Source of the DNA: Squalus acanthias
Lineage: Eukaryota
Assembly: GCA_030390025.1 (NCBI GenBank)
Contig: CM059432.1
Coordinates: 41,976,001-42,040,000 of the forward strand
Direction: 5' to 3'
Length of the DNA stretch: 64,000 nucleotides
The translations under genes and the position numbers were made by a program. Below the pieces are notes generated by a model. The model was given only the letters and a program-made list of their open reading frames with translations, made no database searches and was not told the DNA's origin. Of this stretch, positions 62,554 to 64,000 are shown one piece after another. Within the stretch, counting starts at the first letter, position 1. Each line of letters starts with the position of its first letter.

Positions 62554-62921
62554 GCTTGGCAGCAAAATGGATTACAGGTCTCTCCAGGCTGAGATTCAAG
62601 GCTGCAATGAGCAGGGTGTGGCTGGGGAGCAAGTGGCCCCCCCCGCTTTAAGAAGTGTCCGGCGCCAGTGTGTCTGTGTTCCCTCGCTAACTGGCAGCAG
62701 CTGCGCTGCGCTTGTGCGCTGAGGTAGCGCCTCACTCCTAGGCCTTTGCGCCTTAAGAGAGGTGTGCAGCGCCTAATTTAGCGCTCCACTCACCTCCCGG
62801 GGCGGTAAAAGTGAAGTTTCCTGTCAGTGCCGATAATTAGCGCCAGGCGCTAATATTTGCGCGCGGACGATATTTGCGCCCCAAATGGGGCGCGACCTAA
62901 TTTCTACCCCTATGACTCTAT

Positions 62922-63814
62922 GGGGGAAAAATTAGGTCGCGCCCCATTTGGGGCGCAAATATCGTCTGGACGCAAATATTAGCGCCTGGCGCTAATTATC
63001 GGCACTGACTGGAAACTTCACTTTTACCGCCCCGGGAGGTGAGTGGAGCGCTAAATCAGGCGCTGCACACCTGTCTTAAGGCACAAAGGCCAAGGAGTGA
63101 GGCGCTACCTCAGAGCGCTGGCGAAGCTCATGTAATGTCAGTCAGCAATGGAACACACACACAATGGCACGGGCCAGTTCTTAAAGGGGATGGTTAATCT
63201 TGCTTTCCATCCACATCCTGTTCATTGCAGCCTTGAATCTCGGCCTGGAGAGACTTGCACATCAAATGTGCTGGAAAGAACAATGGAGAGTACCAGGCAA
63301 AGAGCTCAGAGTGCAGCTCCCACAGTCTCTGCTAAATCGATACAAGGAATGGCAAATCAAAATGAACCTGCAAAGTGCTGCTCAGTACCCAAAACTCCTT
63401 CACACAACGTTGAATCTCTCCAGAAGTCTCTCCCTCTCGCTCTCAGAATGCGTAGTTCAAAAATGCCACCAACAATAAAAGACAGGAAGAGGCCCCCTTT
63501 AAATAGCGCCCCCCCCAGCCCCACAGCGATTGATAGCGTTCCAGTCTTCTGGTCGTTGGATGCGCCAGGCGGTAAGGCAGGGGGCGCCACTCAATTTCTG
63601 CTCCGGGGCGCCACAAGGGCGTTGCACCATGGAATGACGTCACAATCTGCGCGCGCAGGTGGTCGCAGCGGTAAAGTTTAGCGCCGCCGCACAATCTCTA
63701 GTTAAGTTCCCGAGCGGCGCAAACATCGCTGCGCCCGGGCGTTAGTGGCTTTGCGCCCCATTAGCGCCCTCTTAAGGCGCTAACGGGAGGCGCAACCAAC
63801 TGAATTTTTACCCC
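62922..63814. mobile_element. Non-autonomous Harbinger (893 bp), inverted relative to 58480-62910
   Basis: TAT|GGGGGAAAAATTAGG...AATTTTTACCCC|TAT; both ends closely match the adjacent element. Confidence 0.95.
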
Positions 63815-64000
63815 TATGACTCTATAACTACTTCTCCAGACACCAGTGGGCGCAAACCTTTTTTCATTGGTGTAACAGTGGTGCAACTCACTGCATGGAA
63901 ATTCAACCCCATGATGTTTAGTGATAGAAACTGTGAACATAAGATTGTGTTACATTGATCGCATTGGAGGATGACAGGAAGGCACAGATAAGATCCAAGT

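Larger units (their letters stand above)
58480..62910. mobile_element. Near-intact two-gene PIF/Harbinger transposon (4431 bp)
   Basis: TAT|GGGGTAAAAATT...AATTTCTACCCC|TAT; convergent transposase and Myb genes. Confidence 0.96.

Noticed and set aside
63148..63681. MITE-encoded protein (also 54121-54477)
   Set aside because: It spans promoter/UTR sequence; its recurrence reflects recent copying, and at most a few residues resemble the Myb N-terminus.

Overview
Vertebrate genomic DNA, most likely a cartilaginous fish (inferred from the CR1/L2/Penelope/DeuSINE repertoire). One host gene is supported: the first four coding exons of CIBAR1/FAM92A on the minus strand (ATG at 20753 in a CpG island), with a U12-type donor after exon 4; the rest of the gene lies left of the window. 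Most other sequence is nested transposons: CR1, L2 and a tRNA-headed LINE, two Penelope-like elements with minimal hammerhead ribozymes, DeuSINEs, a solo LTR, and about a dozen PIF/Harbinger elements of different ages. The highlight is a near-intact 4431-bp Harbinger (58480-62910). It has an intact DDE transposase and a convergent 3-exon Myb/SANT gene with a long coiled-coil/AT-hook-like C-terminus. It sits back-to-back with an 893-bp related non-autonomous element, and both are inserted in consecutive units of a CR1 (ACTCTATG)n tail. All calls come from manual reading; no database search was run.
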